Assembly (NCBI GenBank): GCA_038087875.1
Contig: JAXLNO010000172.1
Coordinates: 1-64,000, forward strand
DNA from: Malacoraja senta
Lineage: Eukaryota
DNA: 64,000 nucleotides
Direction: 5' to 3'
This document shows positions 50,878-61,791 of the stretch, piece after piece. The position numbers were made by a program, and so were the translations under genes. Each line of letters starts with the position of its first letter. Positions within the stretch are counted from its first letter, which is position 1. The notes beneath the pieces were generated by a model. The model made no database searches and was not told the origin of the DNA. It saw only the letters and a list, made by a program, of their open reading frames with translations.

Positions 50878-53800
50878 AAGCAAAGAAGACAAAGGAACAT
50901 TAAAAAAAATATTAATTTACTCCAAGGAAAAATTTCATCTTTTGTTAGATGTTACTTAATTTTACGTATTTTAAATGTCATCCTTTTTATCCTATTTAAT
51001 TTTTATAATGTTTTTAATTTTCAGCTATTTTAATGTGTGATTTTGTAAGTTTTGTTTTTGTTGTGTTCAAGCTGTACTTGAGATGAGGCTGTTCAATCCT
51101 TTGCAGCTCTGGGAAAAAGACAATTTTGCCTTGTGTAGGTGGATAAGAGCACCAGGAAGAAGATGGATATGAACAGAGCCTGGAACATCAAGTCAGCCAG
51201 CTGAGCCTTACCTTACCAGCACCATTTCTGGTATCTATCTCAAGCAAAAAATAACAGTTATTTACATTTCAGGTGCCTCCAACCAGAAACCATGGAGAAA
51301 CAATATATCAGCTGCCAGTACGTTTCATTTCCATAACACTGATAGCTTAAAAAAGGTACAACTGTGCAACAATTTCTGCAATGGTGCTTTTACAAAAGGT
51401 GATCGAAAGCATCAGCTCTGATGTTGCCTTACCGTTTACAAGAGGCAGAATTGTAATATAATCAGGACAGAGCAACATCGAGGTGGTCTTCAGTGGCTTG
51501 AGTTTGAAAATATAGTAATATTTTCATAAGCTCAAGAGGTCACTTTTAAGGACTCTTTGCCATGACTGTAATTTTTCTATCATGTTTGTACAATAAGATA
51601 AAAATATATAACAGAAAATGGTGCTTTTTTCTTAAGCATGAATCCTTGGGCCAAGGCCTGGTGCTTATGTAACAGATCATTTATAAGCACCTCAAATAGC
51701 CAGCCAACATGCAGTGATGTTTTTGGTCATCCAAAACTAAATGACAGGCTGCACTTTTTTACTGAAGGACTGATGAATTTTTTACATCTGTGATTTCCTT
51801 TTATTTCTGGTTGATTTTTTTTTTAATTTCCTTCGGGGTCTCTTTTATACCAGGAATACCCCTTCTTGTAGCTGCATATAAATCAGGTACAAGTCAATAC
51901 AGTGCAGCTTGATGATGTAATTTTGCCTTTTTTTCTTTTCCTTATCCTTTTGTTAGCATATATTTTTGTTAAGTTGTTTATGCAAATCATACTTCTACTG
52001 TCAGTACTTGATCAAACACAGCCAACAGGTTTCCTTAAAGCAGTTGTTGATTCATATGGTGCTACACATTTTTTTTTCTGAAATATTGAAAGAAATCTGC
52101 TATCTTGACTATGATTCATTGAGTTCTCGTAGTCAAGAAAAAGCACTCTTATTTTACTCTTTTAAGAAAAAAAGGCATTTTAACTTTGTACTTGAAAAGA
52201 AAAAAAATCAGTTTCATGTGTTTTAGCCTAGACAGTGCCGTAGTTGGTGCTTATTTGTGGGAATCATGTATTCATATTGAAGACGATGTAGTAAATTTGC
52301 TAATCCTTTTACTGTTACATATGTATTTGCTTGATCCCCAGCAGCAGTGCATTTTCTTTCCACATTCCATGCAGCAAGCAGTATTTTTGGTTTTATTCCT
52401 TCATTTTACTGTCATTATAACTTTGATAATATTTATTGACAATAATGTGCATTTCAAAATTAGGAGAGTTCACTGAAGATTGTATTTCAGTGAATATTGT
52501 ATTACTGTGTATTGCTTGTGACATAGCTGTTTATGGAAAGGTCAGTAGGTGCAGCAGATGTAGCAGTCAACCTCCATCCTGTTTTCAATGCCCAATAATG
52601 CTCCTTTCTTATGTACTTGTGCTGGAGAACACTTGAATAAATGTATTGTTTTTTTTGTGCAAAGTGTACACAGTTGTGTATCGGTTTGTTGTGTATTCTT
52701 TTGTTCCTCTAGTATATTGTTTCTTTCTACTGTAGATCCAGTTGGCTGACTGAGAGAGAAAAACACAACTTTTCTGATCTGGTTCTCACTAATCAGTCGT
52801 TTGTTGAGTAGGTGGTTTACTGTTGAGAGCTGCTTACCTTTTCTTTTGGGGAAAAAAAATCAATAGTTTATTCAGAAACAGCCAGCTTTTTACATTGACA
52901 CACTAGAAAAAAACAGTTTCTAGTACTATATGTGACTTAGATTTTTCCATTTCTCATGATGAAGGAATTCTGCTGTCCTGAAAGTTAATGTTTTTCAGAT
53001 ATTTGCATCTGGTCCAATGAAAGGAATCATGTGCAACACTTTGGCACGTTTACTGAGAAACCAATGGTCTGCCTAGTGTTCTGAACTGTGCACTGCTGTG
53101 TTGTGGGGAAATTAAGCTTGTAACACTGCATTTTTTTCACCACATGGGCGGCCACATATTGCCGCCACCTTGCATACCTGCTGACTTCATTGTGGACATG
53201 TTTCCCAGTACAAATGGTCCCAGGTGCGTCACATTATCCAGAGTACTGAGTTGCAAAGTGCTGACATTATCTGACAAAATACCTAGAGTACAATCAGCCT
53301 AAAATTAAATGATATGATGTTAAAGGTAACCTGTAAAAAATCTGTTCCATTGGAACAGATTTAGCCTGTAGTTGGGGAAGCACTTTTTAACTGGTAACAA
53401 CTTGAAAGACTAAATAGCTTTTTGTGTTCCCTCTTATCCAGTTTTGTTGTCAGAAGGATACATTAATACCAATAAGACCAAGAGCTTCTAATAAAATGTA
53501 AATCCAAACAATACCACAATTAGGTCAACGAGTGCAGATTAGTAACTAATTACTAATACTTGATAATTTTGAAAAATATTATGAATGGGGAACTCTCGAT
53601 ACTCTTATTAGCCAGCAGATGAAAATAGCAAGGAGTTCTCCCCACTTAATTATATATTTTTCTATTTATATTCTCTCCCAATTGTTACCATTTTCCCCCA
53701 AAATGACTGCTTACCTGTGTGCTGCTTTCTTCAGTTAGGATAGTGGCGAGCTCCAAGCTGTGGCCTTTTCCAAAATTCACATGGTTATTCTTCTGCCATC

Positions 53801-54840
53801 CTCAAAATTCAGCATGCAATTTTAAACAGGCCACATAAAAAATGTCTGAAGTCATCCTAAGTTAAGAAAGCAGATTGAAGTGTTTTTAAAGCTTGTAATT
53901 TGATGTTGCGGTCTCTGCATTTTAATGTGCTCTAAACATTACAGTTTTGTTAATGTATAGAATATATCCAACATGTAGCTGGTAGAGAACCCCATTTGCT
54001 GTGGTGCTAAAGTATTTGTCAAATGACAAGTTTGAACAAAAGTTCTGTTTGCTTGTGATCGGGTCCCTCCAGCGGAATGTGGAACAAAATCATCCCTTAC
54101 TCAAGATTCACTCCTGATTTGTTATCCTAAAACACCAATCCTCCACAGCTTGAAACCGTCCCATCTTCCCCACTGAAGTATGAAGCATAATGGTGCTAAA
54201 GGGTGGCAACTGTAAGGATTTAATGGGGGGAAATGTACAAATTATTTTTTTAAATGCTTTAAAAAATACTCAGTACACAAAAATCTAGCTGTGATAAATT
54301 TGGAGTCCATTCTGGAGCACATTGTATCACACCAGGGTTAATGGCAACTCCAGTGTCTCTGAGGTTCCTGAACTCCAGTGCACAGAAAAGCTATCTTAAA
54401 GGGATACTGATATCAAAAAAGTGTTTTGAGAAAGTGTTTTTTTTGTTTACAAACTCAATGCAATTATGTAACTTGCTCAAATAAAAATCATTGAACCTCC
54501 CCATCATTATATCGTGATTCAAAATGGTGCATGCCTATTCTGTCTCTCCAAACAAAAAAGATTTGCCAAACACTTTTTTGTGAAGACAGTATCTCTTTAA
54601 ATATTAAAATGAGGTATTCTCTCATCTCTTTCCTTTAATATATACCCAACACCCATCATTGATATTATGAATATATAAGGTGTAACCCTGATATGTGACT
54701 GTTACTGTAAGGATGGTTAATGTAACTGCTCAGAATTTATACTGGTACATTTATTTGTGACTGTATGTCTGTTAAACCTCAATAAAATGTTATACAAAAT
54801 TGCACTGCTAAGCAATAAATGTATGATTGCGTTCAGTTTG
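50878..54840 (+). promoter_or_regulatory. DNMT3A: DNMT3A 3' UTR (proximal end ~52660, possible distal end ~54810-54840)
   Basis: AU-rich stretch after the stop codon with no young TE. AATAAA at 52636 is followed by a GU/U-rich tract. Further AATAAA at 53490, 54781 and 54814. miR-29 seed sites continue to 54198. Confidence 0.7.
52636..52641 (+). terminator. Proximal polyadenylation signal
   Basis: AATAAA with upstream TGTA elements and downstream TGTTTTTTTTGTG / GTTTGTTGTGTATTCTTTTGT. Confidence 0.65.
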
Positions 54841-55151
54841 TTAATTCCTTGGCCACTATATTCACTAGACACAAATTCTATCAGAGAAAAAAGTACGAGT
54901 TGCTTATAAATCATTTACACTTTCAACAGAGTTGAAAAGAAGTATAGCCCCATTTTATAAAGACAGAATGGACCTTAAAAGATATACATGCAAATAAAAT
55001 AATGAAGTTATATTAATACACGTAACTTTTCAAAAGATACAAAGTTTTTCCATGTAATATTTATATTGTATGTACTATCACAACAAATAGAGCTAAAGGT
55101 GCGGTGAAAGCTGATAATTCCGTTAAAGCGGATTTAACCATTCAATACCAG

Positions 55152-56246
55152 ACAAGATTCAAGAGAGTTTATTGTCATGTGTCCCTGATAGGACAATGAA
55201 ATTCTTGCTTTGCTTCAGCACAACAGAACATAGTAGGCATGACTGCAGAACGGATCAGTGTGTCCATATACCACTATATAAATATATACACACATGAATA
55301 AATAAACTGATAAAGTGCAAATAACAGATAATGGGCTATTAATGTTCAGAGTTTTGTCCGAGCCAAGTTTAATAACCTGATGGCTGTGGGGAAGTAGCTA
55401 TCGTTACAGTCTTCAGGCTCCTGTACCTTCTACCTGAATGTAGCGGGGAGATGAGTGTGTGGCCAGGATGGTGTGGGTCCTTGATGATACTGCCAGCCTT
55501 TTTGAGGCAGCGACTGCGATAGATCCCCTCGATGGAAGGGAGGTCAGAGCCGATGATGGACTGGGCAGTGTTTACTACTTTTTGTAGTCTTTTCCTCTTC
55601 AGGGCGCTCGTTGCCGAACCAAGCCACGATGCAACCAGTCAGCATGCTCTCTACTGTGCACCTGTAGAAGTTAGAGAGAGTCCTCCTTGACAAACCGACT
55701 CTCCGTAATCTTCTCAGGAAGTAGAGGCGCTGATGTGCTTTCTTAATAATTGCATCAGTGTTCTCGGACCAGGAAAGATCTTCAGAGATGTGCACGCCCA
55801 GGAATTTGAAGCTCTTGACCCTTTCAACCATCGACCCGTTGATTTAAACGGAACTGCGGGTCCCCATCCTACTCCTTCCAAAGTCCACAATCAGTTCCTT
55901 GGTTTTGCTGGGGTTGAGGGCCAGGTTATTGTGCTGGCACCATATGGACAGTCGCTCGATCTCTCTTCCATACTCTGACTCATCCCCATCAGTGATACGT
56001 CCCACAACAGTGGTGTCGTCAGCGAACTTGATGATGGAGTTCGCACTATGACCGGCTACGCAGTCATGAGTATAGAGTGAGTACAGCAGGGGGCTGAGCA
56101 CGCAGCCTTGAGGTGCTCCCGTGCTGATTGTTATCGAGGCTGACACATTTCCACCAATACGAACAGACTGTGGTCTGTGAATGAGGAAGTCGAGGATCCA
56201 ATTGCAGAGAGATGCGCAGAGACCCAGTTCTGCGAGTTTGGTTACC
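55152..56246 (-). mobile_element. Rex-Babar 3' fragment (same family as 2721-9390)
   Basis: [52 protein letters not shown]; short-repeat tail at 55152. Confidence 0.93.
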
Positions 56247-57521
56247 CGTGAGCAGAACTGCATTCAGATAGCATGTAACATTTTCTTTTATCAAATCAGA
56301 ATCCCTATTTTATTTTGCTCCTCATCATTTGGTCACTTTCAAATGCTTGTACTCTATACTGGGTAACCTAGTAAAATAATTTGCTTTGGAAAGCAACATG
56401 CCTATTGAAGCCTTCTCTAGGAGCACAAATAGCCTTTTTACTTTCCCCCAAATATAATAATGCATCAATCCAGAAAATCTAAATCTGTCTTAAATGCTCT
56501 AATTAATTTAATTAAATTAGTTCTATTTACTTTACAGCCTCCGTCATTTGAAAATCAAAATTGTTGCTGAAGACGTTGCATTGTTACTTAAGAAATTGCA
56601 ATAGTTTGGTAGAATACATTTATCCACAAACTATCAAATTTGATTCCAAAAGAACCAAAAGTTACATTTTTCCCAACACAACAATAATTTGAGAGTAATG
56701 GTAAAGGCAAATTCAATTGTTGAATTCAGAAGGGAGCTGCATACGTATCTGAAATGAAAGAATTTATGGGACAACTGGGAGAGGAAGATTTAGAAGTTGT
56801 ATTAAGAATATTTGTTAGACTCTTTCTTGCCGAAGATGATGGTGTCTCGTAGATTAGTGCAAATGTTACTTGCCACTTTTAAACCCATGCCTGAAATTTC
56901 TCTGAACTTGCCTAGATTCATTTTCAGGAATTTGCAATGGGAATTTAACATCCACATTTCTGACAAAGGTGGTGGGTCCAGGGCACTGCTGAGCAATATC
57001 TGCAGTAACCACAGAAACACTGTTGACTCTCTTTTGGCTCTATGTAAATAAATCCAGCTTGTGCAGTACCCTGCCTCCACCCCAATTCTCAATTCCATTC
57101 CTTTCAGATACTTATTCAGCTCCCCTTTGAATGCAACGATTTAATGTGCCTTCTACCACTGACAATGTATTACAGGCCACACTATTCACTGGGTAAAACA
57201 ATTTTTTCATGTCATCTGCATTCCCTGTTCATAGATTTTGACCTCGCCACCAATGGGAACAGTTTATCTGTATTGACAGGATCTCTACCCTTCCTGATTT
57301 TAACAATATCTATCAGAATGTATTACAAAATTATCTGTTCCAAGGAGGATAACCAAGCTTTTCATATCTATTCACAAAGTTAAAGCCATCATCCCTAAAA
57401 TCACATTGTTAAATTTATTCTGCATCCTCGTAAAGAGTGTCACCCAGAACTGGTCACAATACGACAATACCGCCTAAACCAGTGTTTTATACAATTTCAT
57501 TAAGACTTCATCTTTTAATAT

Positions 57522-57965
57522 CTGACATATGATGAAAGAATTGGTAGACTGGGCTTGTATTCACTTAGGATTTAGGATGAGAGGGGATCTTATAGAAACA
57601 TATAAAATTCTTAAAGGATTGGACAGGTTAGATGCAGGAAAAATGTTCCCGATGAGTCCAGAACCAGGGGTCACAGTTTAAGAATAAGGGGTAAGCCATT
57701 TAGGACTGAGATGAGGAAAAACCTTTTCACCCAGAGAGTTGTGAATTTATGGAATTCTCTGCCACTGAAGGCAGTGGAGGCCAATTCACTGTATGTTTTC
57801 AAGAGAGAGTTATATTTAGCTCTTAGGGCTAAAGGAATTAAGGGATATGGGGAAAAAGCAGGAATGGGGTACTGATTTTAGATGATCAGCCATGATCATA
57901 TTGAATGGCAGTGCTGGCTCGAAGGGCTGAATGGCCTGCTCCTGCACCTATTTTTCAATGTTTCC
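57522..57965 (+). mobile_element. CR1 3' fragment
   Basis: Matches the reverse complement of 45700-46115 and also 1850-2190. Confidence 0.9.
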
Positions 57966-58039
57966 TTTCATAAAGTCCAGGATCCCACATACTGTCATAA
58001 CCAATCTCAACTTTACCAATTTTCAAGAAACCATGTGCA

Positions 58040-60420
58040 TGCTTGGGACCAATATACAGTGGGAATTAGAAGAGCAAATGTGCAGGGACCTGTAAGAATA
58101 ATGGGGTATATTAGTGGGAGTTTTTTAATTTCTCTATCATTGACTGGGGCATCCATAATGGTACGGGCTTGGATGAGGTAGAATGTGTTAAATGTGCCCA
58201 AGAAACTTCCTTAATCAAGATACAGTGGGCCCCACCAGAGGGAGCACAATGCTGGAACTACTCTTGCGGAACTAAGTAAGACAAATGGCTGAAATATCAG
58301 TGGGGAAGCACTTTAGGGCCAGTGACCATAATTCTATTAGTCTTAACATAGTTACGGAGAAGGATAGGACTAGCCCGCAAGTTAAGTTCCTAAATTGGGG
58401 CAAAGCGAATTTTGGAGGCATTTGGAAAGAACTTTCAAAGATAGATTAGTAGAGTCTGTTTGCAGGTAAAGGGATGTCCAGCAAGTGGGAGGCTTTTAAG
58501 GTGTGATATCTAATGTTCAGGGCAGTATGTTCCTGTTGGGGGAAGTCTACGGCTAGCAAGTTTATGAATCTATGGTTGACAAGAGATATTGGTCAAGCAA
58601 AAAGAGGGATACACCAGGTTTAGATGGTCAGGATTAAGCAAATCCTTCCAAGAATAAGAAGTGTAAGAGTACACTTATGAGGGAAACTGGGAGGGCAAAA
58701 AGAGAGCATGAGATGGATCCGACAGGCAAGATAATGGAAAATCCAAGAGTTTTCACAGGTATATTGAGAGAAAAAGGGTGATTTGGATGAGATCAGCATG
58801 GTACAGGAGACAGGTGAGATATTTAATGAATATTTCTCATCAGGTTTTGCTGTGAGGTGTGAAGTCTTCTATCATACCTAAATTACTAAAGTGGAGATAT
58901 CGGCAGTTTAAGTGCATTGAGGTGAATAATTCCCCAGCGCCTGACCAAGTGTATTCTCGGATCTTAAGGGAAGCAGGGAAGGTTTTGTGATATCAAAGGA
59001 GTGACATTTGGTTCATCGTTCACCACAGGTGAAGTTTAAAAAACTGGAGAATGTCCCAAGGAGTGGCCAGGTAAGGACAGCCCAGTGGGTTTGACATCAA
59101 GTTACTTGATTGGATTCTAATGGACAGGGTCTAGCAGCATTTGGATAGACATGGACTGATTAGGGATAGTCAACTTGGATTTGAGTGTGGAATATGATGT
59201 CTCACAAATGTGATAGAGTTTTATGAGTTAACCAAGGGGATTGGTTAGGACAGAGCAATGGATGTTGGCTACATGGACATTAGCAAGGTATTTGACAATG
59301 TCCCACATGGTAGGCTCGTCTGGAAGGTTAGATCCCATGGGATCCAGGGAGAGCTAGCTAATTGTTTCAAAATTGGCTTGATGGTAGGAAGCAGAGGGTG
59401 ATGATGGAAAGTTGATTGTCAGTCAGCAGGCCTGTGACTCGTGGTGTGCTTCAGAGGTTTTGGAATCATTGCTGTTTGTTGTTTATTTGAACAATTTGGA
59501 TGAGAATGTAGTCATAGTGTCTTACGGCGTGGAAACAGGCCATTCAGCACAACTTGCCCACACCAGCCAACCTGTCCCATCTACACTAGTCCCACCTACC
59601 TGCAGGTGAAGGGGGGAAGATTGCAACCTTCCCTGTTTCGACGAATGCAATCAACCCGGTATGCACAATCAAATAAATTCAAATAGAACAAGTTGTCCTA
59701 CAGCTTTAGGCTGTGCACGCCATACGCAAGAACAAGAACAAGAAGACCTACTGCAGGAAACTGCAGATGCTGGTTAAAATCAAAATGCTGGAGTAACTCA
59801 GCGGGCCAGGCAGCATCTCTGGAAAGAGCGATTGGGTGATGTTTCGGGCCAAGACCCTTCTTCAGACTTCAGACTCTCATGTAGACTGGAAGGTGAAGAA
59901 GGCACAATGGCCTTCATCAGTCAGGGCATTGAGTGCAGGATTTTATATATTGTGCTACAGTTGTACAATATGTTGGTGAGGTTACACTTAGGGTACCGTG
60001 CCCAGTTTTAGTTAGCTACGTGGAAAATGTCATTAGGCTGGAAAAACAGCAAATAAGATCAATCAGAATGTTGCCGGGAATCAAGGGCCTGAGTTATAAG
60101 GACAGTTTGTGCAGGCTGGGACTGTCTTCCCTGAAGCATGGGAGATTGAGGGCTAATCTTATAGAGGTCCATAAAATCATGAGAGGCATAGATAAGGTGA
60201 ACACACACAGTCTTTTCCCCAGAGAAGAGGAAACAAAATCTGGGCAGAGGTTAAAGTAATAGGGAAACGTTTTTAAATGGTCCTGAGGGGTAATTAATTT
60301 ACATAAAAGGTAATGTGTACATAATACGAGCTGCCAAAGGAAGTGATTGAGGCAGGTACAATAACAACATTTCAAAGACATTTGGACAGGTACATGGATA
60401 GGAAAGGTTTAGAAGAATAT
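58040..60420 (+). mobile_element. Older, decayed CR1 (endonuclease to 3' UTR), interrupted at ~59510-59880 by short repeats and cut at 60420
   Basis: Remnants of GDFN...IDW, SDHN, SP.PD, YMD.SK.FD.VPH and RLGL.SL. The 3' UTR stops abruptly at 60420. Confidence 0.8.
59751..59876 (-). mobile_element. Penelope-derived mini-element
   Basis: Reverse complement reads AGTCTGAAGAAGGGTCTTGGCCCGAAACATCACC...GATGCTGCCTGGCCCGCTGAGTTACTCCAGCA. Confidence 0.8.
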
Positions 60421-60756
60421 GTAGCGATGTTACAAAACTTACCTTCAGCGGCGCTGCCGTGTGTGCGACTTTGGCGTCTTTGATGGGGGGGGGGATTAAA
60501 ATGCAGTTTTCTCCGGATTTCCTCGGGCTGCTAAGTTGCTGAAGAATAATCGATCCGACTTCCGTTCCCGATTTTGTTTTTTTTAATCGAGAGACAATTT
60601 AATAATTTGATAAAAATAAAAAGCACCTTCTAACGCCCTCAACGCCTACAACGTGACGGATCTCAAGAACGGGACAAAACAAAGGTTTTTTTTGTGTTTA
60701 AAAAAAAAAAAAAATTATTAGAAGTACATTACATTACAACCAATTACATTAGTACT

Positions 60757-60972
60757 TGTAGATGGTTTATGCATGCAACCAATAATATAGCTACCTCAGT
60801 ACCACGAACCACGCCTTATTTATCAAGTATAAGAACTCTATCTCCCGTGTGCTCCTCCCTTGGTTCCAGCATGATGACAGACTGGGTGCAGTCAGTGCTG
60901 GAAAGTGTTTAACCTGACTTATCATTAAACGTTAAGTGAAGCTACAAGTGAGTCAGACTCAGCTTCTTTACA
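60757..60972 (+). repeat. Putative 5' LTR of the Gypsy element (~216 bp)
   Basis: TGTAGA...TTTACA termini, TATAA-like box, ATTAAA, and directly followed by a PBS-like TGGTGTTAGCAAGT. The start is not confirmed because the 3' LTR lies outside the window. Confidence 0.6.
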
Positions 60973-61065
60973 TGGTGTTAGCAAGTTTAAACGCGCGCCT
61001 CCTATATATCGTGGGTTTTTTTTCTTTGAAAGTGTTGCTTTATCGGAGTTTTGTGACTTTTGGCC

Positions 61066-61791
61066 ATGGCATCCTCGTGCCGCAAACCCTCGCCCCTGGT
61101 CTTTGATGCTGACATAGCTGAACGCTGGGCGACTTTTGAAATGGACTTCACTCATTACATCAATATCGTGCATCGCAACGATCCTGATATTGTTAAAGCT
61201 TCTCTCCTACTGAACCTTGCGGGTCCAGATGCCATGAGGAGAGCGCGAGCCTTTGCCTATGATCCCGAGGTCCGGGATGCGAACGACCTGATTCAGGTAC
61301 CTGCGGAGTCTGCAAACGACCCAGTATGTCTATTGCGAAAATTTGCTGAAATTTGCGACTTGCCCTCGAACCATATTTTAGAGCGAGCAAAGTTTTTCAC
61401 GAGAAAGCAACAGCCCGACGAACCTGTTGAATGCTTTATTGCGGATCTGCGCTATCTCGCACAGAGGTGCCGATTTGAAAACATGACTGACCAGCTTACC
61501 AGGGACATTTTAGTGACAGGTATGCTGGATCAGAAACTGCGATCCGAGCTACTAAGGAGGCCGGATCTTACTCTGACAGACGCAATGCATGCATGCAGGT
61601 TGGCTGAAGTCGTTGACCCGTTGTTCAGACAAAGGTGCACTGTTGGTCGATCGGTCAATTTAACTGGTCTCAACAGACCACGTCCCAAAATAGACAACGC
61701 TAGACCCGCGCCGCGGGCAGGTTATGTCCCCGGAGGACGGGTGGTTAAAAGGTGCCTTAATTGTAACTATGTACATTCAATGCAATGGTAA
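61066..61791 (+). CDS. Gypsy gag, ending at a frameshift between two zinc-knuckle halves
   Basis: ERAKFFTRKQQPDEPVECFIADLRYLAQRCRF is the retrotransposon gag major-homology-like region. CLNCNYVH lies near the end. Confidence 0.85.
   Translation: MASSCRKPSPLVFDADIAERWATFEMDFTHYINIVHRNDPDIVKASLLLNLAGPDAMRRARAFAYDPEVRDANDLIQVPAESANDPVCLLRKFAEICDLPSNHILERAKFFTRKQQPDEPVECFIADLRYLAQRCRFENMTDQLTRDILVTGMLDQKLRSELLRRPDLTLTDAMHACRLAEVVDPLFRQRCTVGRSVNLTGLNRPRPKIDNARPAPRAGYVPGGRVVKRCLNCNYVHSMQW

Noticed and set aside
60864..60925. Hammerhead-like arrangement in the Gypsy LTR (ATGATGA...GAAA)
   Set aside because: C3 is absent, helix II closes with the wrong pair, and a simple hairpin explains the sequence better.
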